From the NCBI GenBank assembly GCA_951406725.2, contig OX597815.1, forward strand, positions 201,810,001-201,874,000: a stretch of 64,000 nt of DNA. Direction: 5' to 3'. Source of the DNA: Octopus vulgaris (Eukaryota). A program made the translations under genes and the position numbers. The notes beneath the pieces are model-generated. The model ran no database searches. It saw only the letters and a program-made list of their open reading frames with translations, and had not been told where the DNA came from. Shown here piece after piece: positions 15,061 through 28,899 of this stretch (its first letter is position 1; each line of letters opens with the position of its first letter).

Positions 15061-16300
15061 TTTATGCAACTGAGGTTTGCTATTATTCTTCCACGACTTC
15101 TTACATAAAACAAAACTGTGCTTTTATCGTTTAACCTAACTTATTAACGCAGAAATAGAAAATTATACGTGATCTACATCTCGTGAGCGCCCTTTCTTTC
15201 ATTTGAAATATTTTCAATACGACATTATATAGCCTTCCGTATGATGTTGGAACTAGAAGGTTGCTATTTTATTTCAAAACATTTGCTACACTTTATTTGA
15301 AGAGCGTATCTAAATGTTACAAAAACATTTGCAAATCATAAAAAAAATCATAAGGAATGTTTTATTTTGTTGCGGAGAATAGAGGCGGCAAACTACGTTG
15401 TGTAATGATGCTATCAATCCAATCAAACTTTGTAAAAATGCCTGTACATTGAATTTAAATTATTTTAATCCTTGAATATAATGTTTCAATCCTTCCTTTT
15501 TACAAGATATATATTGCCTTGACATCACATACACATATAAACACATATGCACGTACACGCGCGCGTGCGCACGCAGGTACACACAGATACTAGGAGACAC
15601 AGAAAAAATTCTGGATTTAAGTGTATTTGGAGAGAGCTAGTTGGAAACCCAAACTTCTCAGTTCTTTTACAGGACTTAGAAAAACTGTAGGACCACTGTA
15701 ATGAGTGGGTGAATTTGAGAGGAAGAATAATTAGCTGCACGCCCTGTTTTTTTTTAAAACCCAAATCAGGACGTTTTCAACATCCTCTCCTATGTGTGTG
15801 TTAGCATGCATGCAGAATGATGTAAACGGGAATAGGTTTATAACTATATAATCATAATCCTGTATTGAAAAACTGTGTCTTTTTAAACTTATGAAACTCC
15901 AGCGATTGTGTTAACAATAGGAACGATATTTTTCATGCCGTCATTTTACAAAATTCATATCTGCGGAAATAACGGATAAACTAATGGATACCTCATAATG
16001 CATTCCAGCGTTGATTTTTCAAATTTTTGATATATTGTAGACACTGGTTATATTTCGTGTGAAACTTGTCCATACTTACATTCTAAGTTCAAATTCAACG
16101 AGATCGATTTTGTTTTCGCCCTTTCGCCACTGATAAATTAAGTACCGGCTGAGTACTGAGTTGACATAATTCAACTTACACGCTCCTCAAAAGTGCTGAC
16201 CTTAACCAAATTTGAAACAAATGTTTAGAATGAAGTTCGACTTCGCCTTTTATCATCTCTTGGGCGATAGAATAAGTACCAGTCGAACACTGGAATATAT

Positions 16301-16532
16301 ATTTCTTTATTGCCCACAAATGGCTAAACATAGAAGGTACAAACAAGGACAGACAAACGGATTAAGTCGATTACATCGACCTCAGTGCGTAACTGGTATT
16401 TAATTTATCGACTCCGAAAGGATGAAAGATAAAGTCGACCTCGGCGGAATTTGAACTCAGAATGTACCGGCAGCCGAAATACCACAAAGCATTTCGCCCG
16501 GCGTGCTAACGTCTCTGCCAGCTCGCCGCCTT
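16301..16532 (-). mobile_element. SINE family A with 10-bp TSD, nested in an older family-A-like SINE (16230-16600)
   Basis: tggaatatat at 16291-16300 and 16535-16544; the flanks are the two halves of a diverged + strand SINE. Confidence 0.85.
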
Positions 16533-16960
16533 ATTGGAATATATGTCGTACATTTAGCCCCCTCCTAAAATTGTTGGTTTTGAGCAAAAATTTGAAATCT
16601 ATATCAAGTGTGAAGTTAATTACCACCTTTGTGTTTTTGTTTTATTTTTCTAAATGTGATTGCTCATTCAAACGCCAGTTGTCTCAAACTCTTTTACTAA
16701 ACCATCTTATTTTTACCAATTTGATAAATAGCGCAAGATCATACCTTGGCCAGAACACTCTTTTCACGACGCTGTTTGTGACTTTTATCATAATATATCT
16801 ATATTTATATCTATCAATCTGTTAATATGTATGGAGAGACATGCAACTAAACGTAGAGAGACATCACCACAGAGAATATAATTGTATTGTTACATGTTTT
16901 ACATAAGGCGAGAATGATTTCCTTTAGAGTAAACTGCAGCAAAGTTGCCTTTATTAAAAA

Positions 16961-17346
16961 CTAGCAGTATCGCCCGGCGTTGCTCAGGTTTGTAAGGGAA
17001 ATAACTATAAAGCATTTTTAGAGAGTTATAGCCAAAAAATAGCAAAAAAATGGAAAAAAAATGATGGTAAATTTTTTTTGAGAGTAAAAAAAGGTTGAGT
17101 TGCGTCCCCTAGACAGTCTGTGGTTTGTTTTTTTTTATTCTCGACCCCATGTCGAATTTATCGATTTTTTTCAGAACTGGGGGAACTTTTCAAAATTTTC
17201 GCTGCGTTAGTTTTGAATTATGACATTGGGCTATGTGTGTGTTTAGTTTCATCAGAATCGATTGAAAGCCGTGGCCAGAGTGAGGGTACAAGAAAACAGA
17301 CACACAGAAACACGCACAGACAAACTGCCGTTTATATAGAGAGAGA
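16961..17346 (-). mobile_element. Non-autonomous Helitron
   Basis: Minus strand starts TC(tctctatataa), ends in a GC-rich hairpin (cctgagcaacgccggg) then CTAG; inserted between A and T; related copy at 47598-47994. Confidence 0.8.
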
Positions 17347-18369
17347 TATGCCACTAAACTAAACTTTACACACACACACACACACACACACATAAACCCA
17401 TAACATGTGAGGAGGTATAACTGTTAAATATATATTCTTAACCACTTGTTATTTTTAGGGTTACTGCCGTTTCGCATTCTTTAACATCTAATAATGTTTT
17501 CAGTGTATAATAAACTACATCTTTGCACCAATATTCATCCTATGCTTTATATATTCACAATAAATGCAGATAAAAAAGGCTAGCTAATCAGATCATCAGG
17601 ACACCTTGGTTATATCAGTGATTCAACTCTACCTAAACGTACAAAATTTTCCTTTATATACGCAATGAACGGATGACCGATACGACACGAAATTAGACTC
17701 GGGTGGTCATTACAAAATAAGATGTAAATGATAAATATGTTTCGCGTCACATCAATTAAAATGGTTTATGGAATTAACCATCCTTAATGTAAATAAAAAC
17801 AAGATAGAGACAGAAGAGGTACTATCGTAGTTAAATTTAATTAAAAGCGTAGAATGTGTTCAGAAATACATATAAAAATATGATAAATTTAATATTAGAA
17901 ATATAATAAATTAGATGTAATACAAAAATATAACAATTAAAATATGGAAAAATAACAATTGGTTAAATAAAACATATTCACGTTTCACGCCTTCTGACAT
18001 TTGAATTTCGTTTTTTTTTTTTTGGTCCTGGTAAGATAATTTCATGGATTCGGTGAAATGGATTTCAGCTGCTTAGAACTCCGCATTATACTCCTTACTG
18101 CATTGCTGTGTGGTATGATACCCGGGTCCATTAGAGAAGTTTTCGCTAATAGTCATGAATCTATACAAATATATACTACAAATATATACTACAAATATAT
18201 ATTTTTTTTATTGCTTCTAACCTTACAGCAGTTAAGAACAACCATACCTTAGTCAGTCAGTGGAAGGACCTCACTACCTCATATGTTCTTAACATTTAAA
18301 TCCACATCTTTGTCGGTATATCTACCTTCTCAATAATGCTGCCACTTGATATGAACATTTTTGTATTAA

Positions 18370-18462
18370 TGGAAAATCTGATGAGTACTCAGCATCTTAA
18401 ATCTATTGTAACACTTACAACATTTAATAAAATGATGTAGTACGAAACGATCGTACCAAATT
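18370..18462 (+). ncRNA. Type I hammerhead ribozyme motif (Penelope pLTR-like)
   Basis: CTGATGA 18378-18384; stem II gtact/agtac; GAAA 18444-18447; palindromic stem III acgatcgt; GTA cleavage triplet; stem I imperfect; ~30 nt upstream of (TA)n. Confidence 0.65.
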
Positions 18463-18490
18463 ACCAGAGTCATTCTTGTTGCTTATTTTG

Positions 18491-18492
<2 letters not shown>

Positions 18493-18548
<56 letters not shown>

Positions 18549-18576
18549 CATGTATATATATGTATGTAAATATATT

Positions 18577-18612
<36 letters not shown>
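18493..18612. repeat. (TA)n microsatellite, interrupted
   Basis: Direct reading. Confidence 0.95.
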
Positions 18613-18616
<4 letters not shown>

Positions 18617-19599
18617 TGTTGTGTAACCTTTAACTTTAAAAGGAATATTGGGATTAGTAATATCTTTTATTGTCTTACAATTAATTATCCACATATTTCT
18701 ATATACTGTACCTCATTTAACTACCTATATCATCACAAAATATTTATTGTTACTCTATTTTATTTCGTATTTGTGCAACGAGAGCGAAATTGTAAGAAAA
18801 TGCAACTATAAAATAATCATTTAAGATATTAAAAATAAAATAGGTCATGCGGAGATTTAATGAAAGATTATTTTAATCGATATTGCCTATTTTTCCTTGC
18901 CCTTATAGTGCATGTAATGAAAGTGGTTTCACAAACCTTTTGCTTATAGAAAAAAGATTAAAAACACATTTTTTAAAAAAACATCAATCATATTGGCTTG
19001 TTTATTACTTTGTAAAATTTATCAGTGTTTCACAAAGGAATTAAAATATTCACTTAATTATCCTGTGTGTGTTATATCTTACATACACTCCCATAGCCAT
19101 ATTGTCTTTAATCCTCAATATTTCGATGTTGAAAGATGATAGATGTCTACGTTACCTAGAAGAACGTGAAATAAATCCCGTCTTAGAAGCATAAAAAATG
19201 CAGGGAATTACAGATGAAATTGTACACTACGGCGTGTATACATAACATATACATAATTTATACGCAACATACTGAAAGACATCACTATTAATGTAAAATG
19301 AGGATGGATTTTCTATATAATATAGCAAGTCATGAAGCGGCATGTCTTATGCTAGATATGATGGGATAAAACGTAACATGGTCTTGATACGAATCCGCAT
19401 ATAAGATTTAACTTATAATATGACGCTGACAGGCGCATGAACTAGGCAATTCTACGGAATATATAGAACATTTTGTATCTAAAAATTAATGAAATTCTTT
19501 TTTATCTGGTTTAAAGTGTGTTCAGCAATGGATTTTTATATGACATTTTACTATTCAATTGCTGTAGCATGGGCTTCTCCTTTATGCAGATATGTTGGT

Positions 19600-19642
19600 G
19601 TGTATGTATGTATATATGCATGTATGTATGTATGTATGTATG

Positions 19643-19717
<75 letters not shown>
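19600..19717. repeat. (TATG)n/(TA)n microsatellite
   Basis: Direct reading. Confidence 0.95.
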
Positions 19718-19719
<2 letters not shown>

Positions 19720-19885
19720 TGATGGCTTTTTGACAACATAATGCGGCAGTCCAAGGAAAGGGGAGAATGTTACTGTCATGTAGACCCAAGAAACAACGTT
19801 TCTAATTGGCTATGCGACACAAGCTTTCTGTGTCCTTAGGTTATCGTATAGGGGAGATAAGCACCTCCACCAATCAAACCAACAC

Positions 19886-19926
19886 TCAGAAACTAGTTTA
19901 AGGGTTATTGCACTTCATCAGTCTAG
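19886..19926 (-). ncRNA. Degenerate minimal hammerhead motif
   Basis: Minus strand aga-CTGATGA-agtgcaataaccct-TAAA-ctag-tt-tct; GAAA mutated to TAAA; palindromic aactagtt stem III; the flank runs into (TA)n at 19717. Confidence 0.45.
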
Positions 19927-20089
19927 CCTTGCTAGATGTTTTTGCCAATCTGTTGTTAAAAACTTATAGAATTTCAAGTGAAATACATTCACTGAACAAC
20001 AAAAATAGAAATATTACAGTTCTAAATCTCTCAGAGATAAAAAAAAAACATATATATAATATCAGATAATAAATTTATATATCAAAGAA

Positions 20090-21180
20090 TGCTTAAAATA
20101 AACCTTCACCTTCAACAGCTGCTTCTATTTGAGATCTAAATCAACTGCTCGAATCAAGTGGTCCTGGTTCATTTTGGACATACTCTGATTATGGCAGCTT
20201 TCAAAGGTTTTTTGGCATTATGGGCGTGTTCATTGACATCTGTCTCAACAACGCTCTACATGTAATAGCCTAATGGGTTGAGATCTGGGGAATTAGGAGG
20301 CCAAATGTTAGGGGTTATATGATCATGAAAATGTCCTGCCATCCTTTCCTGTGTTGCCAGAACCATGTGTGATAGTGCAAGTGTTAATGGCCTACCACTG
20401 TATACACATATGGGCGCCCACTGTATACACTCTCTAGACAGGGGTTAGCAATTGATTCCAGGACCTCATTATTAGCGACAAATTTAACTCTAAGACATTG
20501 TGGAAAGATGTAAGGTGGCATCTCATGTACATTGCTGATAAGCCATAAATCATGACAGCTGGAGAACACTTGGAATTTCCGAAGCGTATGCACATAACAT
20601 CTCTCTTTTCTTCAGTCACCTTGTTGATCATAGGCAAAGTTTTTCTCGTTGCATTTGTCTTCTGCTGCATATTTAAAGTTTGCTTAAAAAACATTTAGAT
20701 CTTGTGTAGTGATTTTCATTTCCTTTTTCTGAAAAATTGACCTTTCTTCATTATATTAGACATATATCAGACGTCGTCGCGGACAACATTTCTCACTGTT
20801 CCTTCTGACCCATGGAGATTTTTTGCAATTGACGTCATGGATTTTTCTGGGATTGTAATGAATGTTCTGTTGAACCTGCCGGATAAATTCAGGTGTTCTG
20901 ATTAGTTTAGAGAGTTTAGAGTGTTTTTTTTAATGTTTTGATACTGGCGATATGTTTCCATCATCAATATCTAACTCCTTACGAACTTTGTAGACGAAAG
21001 ATCAGGCAACTTTTTAAAAATCGGGATATTTCTAATTCGCTGTACTCAACCTTTACAATTACAACAGCATGCCTCCTAATAATACTGTGGGTCTGCCATT
21101 ATTATTTTCTCAAACAAAGATTATACATATTTAACAAATAATGAAGCAATTACACGAAAATAACATTCCTCAAATACCAC
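20090..21180 (-). mobile_element. Second copy of the DD37D/maT-like transposon, inverted relative to 13902-15060
   Basis: Reverse complement homologous along its length, e.g. WPPNSPDLNPLGYYM and IEAAVEGEG. Confidence 0.85.
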
Positions 21181-21188
21181 ACGCACAC

Positions 21189-21440
<252 letters not shown>

Positions 21441-21746
21441 GCATTTAGTCAGAAGATTATAAAAGTATAGATTCTGAATGTATGCTGACGTCATTGGATA
21501 CCAACATACAAGACAACCTTTGACTTATGTCTTTACCCCACGCACTCTCAAGATTTGTCAAAATTACTATACCATCCAAGAGCGGGGAAACACTGCTATT
21601 GATTTAGCGATATTGCTATTAAACATAAAGTCATGTATAATATATCAAACATAATCCCTAGATATGTGCAATGGCTTTATGTCTATATACGGTGAGGAAA
21701 CAAATCTACACATGAATATATTTTGTGTACTTAGGCTTGCATCCGC

Positions 21747-22035
<289 letters not shown>

Positions 22036-22526
22036 TATGTAAAATGTTATAGTATAAAAATTAAAGAAAATTATATATGTATGCAAAATAGTATATAAAT
22101 TTAAATAAAAGGAATGGTATTTAATTAAGTAAGGGAAGAATTATATAAATGATGGATAAGTTAATAAAATAAATATTAGTCGACCGTTGTAGATTAATCA
22201 TTTTCATTATCTTGCTAGTAGATCCAGTTCTGGAAATGTATGGATTCGTACCGTTCACATAATATTGTGTCACTTTTTAAAACAGCTATAGAAAAAGTTT
22301 GAAAAATCTCACCGTTATGATATGCTTCTTAAAAGGCTTACATGTGAACCTTTAGTCGTCAATATATAAAATGCTTTTTGCATCTGCCATTTCTTTTAGA
22401 GCTTTAAAGTTTATAATTTATTTGTACTGTTTTTATTTAAAAATCTTTCAACCTCATTATATTATACCGATAAAATATTTATACATCCATAATTCTCCAA
22501 GTTCTTCTTTTCCATCTTTATATCTC

Positions 22527-22896
22527 TTACATGTTTCAGTCATTAGAATGCGGCCACACAGGGGTATTTTTTTTTTTTTTTTGTTAAACGAATTTAATAT
22601 TTTTGAAAGCCCGGTGCTTATTCCATCAGGTTGGTTTAGCGAACCGCTACGTAAATGTGGAGTATACATACTAACACGTGTTGTGAATCAATGGTGGGAG
22701 ACAAACACAGTCACAAAGCCACACACATTTATATACGAGTGACTCCTTTCAGTTTCCGTCTATCAACTTGATTGATTTTGAAGGCTTTGGTCTTCCCGAA
22801 GCTATGATAGAAGATATTTGCCCAAGGTGCTAGTCGTAAGACAAGCCGGTACCATGTGTATGAGAAACAAACTTAATACCATACAGCCACGACTGT
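22527..22896 (-). mobile_element. SINE family B, diverged
   Basis: gtttcagtcattagaatgcggcc...ctttcagtttccgtcta...tgcccaaggtgc...acagccac. Confidence 0.7.
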
Positions 22897-23339
22897 AGAT
22901 ATATGTATGCGTGTAGTTTATATACGTGAATGTGTATTTATTATTCAGCATATTTGGAGTGCATATCAATACATCTTTCAATCATAATAAAAATCGACCA
23001 AGTCTTATTAAGTCACACTTGTTATATTACATTGTGTCATGTATATTAAATACGGTGGAAGTATATATGAAGAATGCAGGAGAAATTTTTAGACGATGGG
23101 GACTATTGTGCATACATAGCTACACACACTAACACGCGCACATATACGCTCGTGCGCGCACACACACACGGGCGCTTAGTGAACAGGCGTTGGCTATGGT
23201 CGCTCAAAAAGTTATATAAAAAGTTATATTGCTTTGGCAATATAAGAAACTTATCAGATCCCCGTTACTGAGTACATACTCACCTTGCTAGTTGAAGTAA
23301 GAATAGACTCTTGAGACACTGAAAAGAAATTCTTCAAGG

Positions 23340-23690
23340 TGACAACGCCTTCTAAAACATACGGAGTTAACAACAGGAAAAAAATGGTTTATTCAATCGC
23401 CAGAAAAGGTCGCCAGAAAAGGTCACAGAAAATGAGATAGCAACCATTCAATGGTATATGCCAACACACACCGATGGAGAAATTAAAGCCAATACGCCGG
23501 ATATAGTTGCCAGAGATCATCAACAAAAGATGCTTTCTAATCGATTTATTAATACTAACACATGACAACATTTCTCTAAAATAAATAGAGAATCTTTCAA
23601 AATACAAAGACCTGAAAATAGAGGTACCTTGAATGTGGATTATAAAAAAACAGAAAAATTCCTATCATAGTAGGTGCATTAGGTATGATA
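23340..23690 (+). mobile_element. R4/Dong-type restriction-like endonuclease fragment
   Basis: WYMPTHTDGEIKANTPDIVARD...SKYKDLKIEV...PIIVGALGMI (PD-D/ExK RLE motif). Confidence 0.8.
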
Positions 23691-24335
23691 TTTCCCGAAT
23701 ATGAGGTTGGTACCGCACTGAAAAGTGACTGAATGGAATAAATTCCAATCAGTTAATACGTGGGCGTTAGCATCACTTCGGTATGGAGAGGGAATTATAA
23801 AATTGCAAAAGAGAGAAATGAAGAAAATGGATATGAAGACCAGAAAAATGTTGAAAATACACGGAGCGATTTCAACCTATGTGATACCGATAGGCAGTAC
23901 TTGTCCAGAAGAAAGGGTAGGAGAGGTTTGGTCATTTGCCAGGACATTGTTGAATCTCGTGAAGGGGCACGGCCTTTCAAAACTGAAAATTATATAACTA
24001 AAGAAAAATTTAAAGAAGAAATGAACAAACAAAAATAGGAGAAAAAGCAGAGAAAAAATGTACGGCCAGTTTGCAAGAGATGTGAACGACAATACACATA
24101 GAGATGATCGGTGGTTATGGATGAGGAGGTGTGACCTGAAGATAGAGACAGAAGCACTCATATGCGCAGTTCAGGTGCAAGCGTGAAGGACCAATTATAC
24201 GAAGTTTAGAATCGACAGCGCTACCGATAGTGACTAATGCAGAATGTGTTGTGAGAGGGTTGAAATAGTATGGCACATCGTTAGAGAATGCCCGAAATTA
24301 GCACAACACGAATAGAAACGTAGCCATGAAAATGT
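23691..24335 (+). mobile_element. R4/Dong-type RT-thumb/CCHC fragment
   Basis: NKFQSVNTWALASLRYG, MDMKTRKML, KMYGQFARD, LKIETEALICAVQ, CRMCCERVEIVWHIVRECPKLAQ. Confidence 0.85.
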
Positions 24336-25958
24336 ATCAAATTCAAGAACCCAAAGCAACGATGGTGATGATGATGATGATGATGATGTTTTGGAGGAGG
24401 AGGATAATGTTTATTATATTGAGAGAATTGAAAGACATTTATATTGTAATTGTAGCAGAATTTGTGCCATTTTTATTTCATAATAATCGTAGAGAACGAG
24501 ATTATATCCGCGAGCGATTGACTACAATAAAAGAAGTACTTTAGCAAACACAATATTCTATATCTACTTGTTCACAACACTGGCAATCAATAGGAAGTTA
24601 TTAAATAACTCTAAAGGTCTAAATGCGAATTTAGAGCTTTAGCAGAAGGGAAGGCTGTAAAATGCTGCGTTAAAATATATAAACAGAACGTAGAGGTGCA
24701 AACTTACAATATATAATTGAACGTTGAGAAGCAGACTTGTCTTACTTGCTCTCATAACGTAAAATTACTCATAGTTACTTGAATATATTCAGTCTAATTT
24801 GTTGTTGCGATCCACTTACATTAAAACATGGACAATCAGTTTCATATATGCAACGCAAAATTTTGACATTGTCTGCGGTTTTTTTTTTTTATTGTTGTTT
24901 AATTAAAAGCATACGTATATAAGTTGGTTACTGCATAAATTGTGTCTGAAATTCAAAATCCATACTAATGTAATAAATATTAGACAAAACATAATTATAA
25001 ATAAAACAGTTACACAACATCTACTGAGACAATATGCGAAATGAGAAAGAGAAAACATACGGTAATACACAAATGAATAAAAAATAAACTGTAAATGAAT
25101 TGCGAACAAACACATTAATCACTTCCACAAAAGAGCAACAGAAAATATAATTAACTGAAACAGACGAATCAATAATTTTATGTTGTTTCATCATAACAAA
25201 TTATAATCATATATAGATGACCTATCAGATGACACGAACAAAATAAAGAACTGAGAAATCCAAATAATCACAGATGCAAAGAAGAACTGTCATTGCGATA
25301 AAATTAGTTGCACATAAATGAAAAAAAAATTAAAACTTCTGAGACGCTAATGAAGTTCTTTAAAAGGTGATTAAGAATGCGGTACATAGTTACATCTTAC
25401 TTAAGTTATTATCTATGAATGTATGACTATATGGAAAATTACAATTTACTAAAAAACTTATGTGGTCTCTGTTGCTGGAAGAAGGATAATTGGTTAAATA
25501 AAATCAAAAATAAAATGTAGAAATTTATCACCATTTTCCAGGAGATACTAGTATGTGAGTCTACACTAAAACAAAATACGAATTAAATGTATATCCACGA
25601 AGTATATACAATATGATTATAAAGGGAATTTTGTCTAAAATATACTATTACTGTTTGGAAAACTTAAAGGAACGCGATCAAGATTTTCTGATTTTAAAAT
25701 TGGTAGCAGTGATGCAGAAACGTAAATGTTTTATTGATTGAGAGTGAGGATAGTGTGTCATGAGATGCAGCTCGATGGCTATCGTTAGAATAGGGATGTA
25801 AAATAGAAGATTACAAGATTTCTACGACCAACAGTGTCGTTTCTTCTATATTTCCCAACTTTGTTTATGTACTGGTTTTCCATTCGTGTTAGCATTTGTA
25901 TTTTCGATGATGTCATAATTTTGTGCTGATTTCATATTGGACACACAATTCACATACC

Positions 25959-26539
25959 TTTTCTACTCTAGGCACAGGGCCCAACATTTTTGGGGAGGGA
26001 GCCAGTCGATTACATCGACCTCAGTTCGCAGCTGGTACTTAATTTATCGACCCCAAAAGGATGAAAGGCAAAGTCCACCACGGCGGAATTTGAGCTCAAA
26101 ACGTACCGGCAGACGAAATACTTATTTCTTTACTACCCACAAGCAGCTAAACCCAGAGAGGACAAAGAAGGACAGACAAACGGATTAAGTCGATTATATC
26201 GACCCCAGTGCGTAATTGGTACTTAGTTAATCGACTGCGAAAGGATGAAAGGCAAAGTCGACCTCTGTGCAATTTGAACTCAGAACGTACCGGCAGACGA
26301 AATACCTGTTTCTTTACTACCCACAAGGGGCTAAACACAGAGAGGACAAGCAAGGACAGACAAATGGATAATGTCGATAACATCGACCGCAGAGCGTAAC
26401 TGGTACTTATTTAATCGACCCCGAAAGGATGAAAGACAAAGTCGACCTCGGCGGAATTTGAACTCGGAACGTAGCGGCAGATGAAATACTGCTAATCATT
26501 TCGCCCGGCGTGCTAACGATTCTGCCAGTTCGCCGCCTT
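25959..26539 (-). mobile_element. Trimeric (head-to-tail) SINE family A
   Basis: One complete head at 26539 followed by three ~185-bp body units; possible TSD cacacaat at 25942 and 26540. Confidence 0.85.
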
Positions 26540-27257
26540 CACACAATGTACGTATTGAAGGTAGAACGATTTGTCGTTTGAGTACTGGACTCATGTTTAT
26601 AAGATTGTGGTTTCGAATCATGGTCCAAGCGACGTGTTATGTTCTTGAGTAAAATAGTTAACTTAACCTTGTTCCAGCACAATCAGCTTGGAAAAAGGAG
26701 TATTTCTGACATCCTGTCCAGTGCTGGGTAGGTTTATAGCATAGAAATATATATATATATATATACGGACGTATGACTGAATATGATACGGGAAATGACT
26801 TTATCATTTTAATTTATGTGAGATTAATTCTGAATAAGATAATTGATATATATTTTTTAGCCTCATATAGTTATATATTCTTCATTTCATAATTAATTCT
26901 AGATGAATTATTAGTTTTCCATACGTTAAGGTAGTTAACCCTAACGAATCTATAATTTTACACGGATATTCATCTGAACAAGTTAGTTTTGTCTGACTAA
27001 GAAAATGGGCACGAAGCATTTTGGAAAATATCGATAAATATCATACATGATTCCTTTTCAGAACTCTCGTAAAATTTGCATCCTTGTTGTAGGCCTGCAC
27101 ATAATAAACCAATGTGCTACAAATTGATTATTGACAGCATTTACAATAGACGGAAAAATAATCTAATAAAAGGGACTAATCTGAGTCTTTAATATACTTA
27201 GATATTCAATAGAGCATGGAGCACCATTGATGTGGCAATATAGCACGTGTAATAACA

Positions 27258-27271
27258 CTGATGATGATGAT

Positions 27272-27336
<65 letters not shown>

Positions 27337-27384
27337 CGACGACAATGATGATGATGATGATGATGATAAGGATGATGATGATGG

Positions 27385-27418
<34 letters not shown>

Positions 27419-27459
27419 GATGATGATTATGATGATGATGATAAGGATGATGATGATGG

Positions 27460-27491
<32 letters not shown>

Positions 27492-27533
27492 ATGATGATG
27501 ATGATGATAAGGATGATGATGATGATGATTATG

Positions 27534-27564
<31 letters not shown>

Positions 27565-27630
27565 CGATGATGATGGTGATGGTGATGATGAGGATGACGA
27601 CGATGATGATGATGATGATGATGGTGATGA
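27258..27630. repeat. (GAT)n compound microsatellite with higher-order GGT/AAG interruptions
   Basis: Direct reading; recurring gataag..ggtggtggt blocks. Confidence 0.95.
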
Positions 27631-28508
27631 AAAGGGGGAAGGAATAGGATATTGATGATGACAAGGAAAAGAAGGGGAGTAATAGGAGATTCTGACACCT
27701 TTGAAATAAATGGCTATATAAAAGATGTAGAAAATGACATGCCAATTTAATAATTCCGGCTGTTTCATTTATGTCTCATCATTCTTTTTTTTATGCATTT
27801 GTTTCTAGAAGAGCACGTTATTAAATCAATTCACTTAACATCAATTTCAGTTATATTCCAATAAAATGTTATCTTAAAATATTAACGGTAATACGGTCAA
27901 ATCAAATATTCACTAACCATTTATTTTTAAACAATCAATGGATATTCTAGGAAAATTCTGAACAGCAATGCAGCGTCATTCGCGCGTCAGTTTTGTGATA
28001 AAATATCGAATTTTTTAAGATCAATCTCTCCTTTCATTTATTAATTTTTTTTTGTACTATATACCAGAAAAAGAAACATAATTATATTCGAGGTTGTAGT
28101 TATTGCCTAATAAAATCTTCCAATTTTGAAGGGCATCTGATTATTATGAAAACCGCCATCGGTTTTGAACTAGCGTTGAAAATGACTGTACAAATATATC
28201 ACGATGAAAAAAAAAGAGAAATTATCATACAAACCGCGTGACAGCAATTAATACTAAAGTACATTCGAACTTTAGTTTTGATATGAAGAAATGGTTTTAC
28301 ATTTCTACATTCATCACCTTCTTTTTAGAACTCCATCTACATTCATGTATATTCTGCCTCCAGTCAGTCTTTAAAGAGAATTTATCTATGGGATTCCGCT
28401 TCATTTATATATTTACCAATACGTTACATAGAGTATAACCACTAATAGAATTAAACTGGAGATTCTGTTGAACTTATTATTAGAATATCATAAGTTATCA
28501 TATCAAAT

Positions 28509-28580
28509 GGCGGTGCCCCAGCATGGCCACAGCTCGTGAGCTGAAACTAGATGAAATGATAAAATGAAAAGTAAAATGAT
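28509..28580 (+). mobile_element. Solo 3' tail related to SINE family B or its partner LINE
   Basis: ggcggtgccccagcatggccacagc..tgaaactagatgaaatgataaaa matches the family B tail. Confidence 0.6.
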
Positions 28581-28739
28581 ACCAAATATTTACACGCGTT
28601 TCAGTAGCATATGCTATTACATTATGGAAATGATCATTGATAGGTGATTGTACAATCAACTAAGAACGCCAGTATTTCAGAAAATAGTAATTTGTTCTAT
28701 TCTTTAACGAATCAGCAGTTATATTCTGCTCACGTTCCT

Positions 28740-28855
28740 ACATACATACATACATAGAAACATACATACATACATACATACATACATACATACATACATA
28801 CATACATACATACATACATACATACATACATACATACATACATTCATACATACCT
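28740..28855. repeat. (CATA)n microsatellite
   Basis: Direct reading. Confidence 0.95.
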
Positions 28856-28899
28856 ATCTGGAAGCCAGCTGTTCAGCGGATGTCAACAGGGCTAAATAT

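Noticed and set aside
17455-17610. Minus-strand CTGATGA...GAAAC..GTA hammerhead
   Set aside because: Stems I and II do not pair convincingly
27163-27768. Poly-Asp/His/Met ORFs
   Set aside because: (GAT)n repeat open in several frames; no flanking coding signal
28585-28635. Minus-strand stem plus GAAACGCGTGTA hammerhead half
   Set aside because: CUGANGA core not recognisable; at best a decayed remnant
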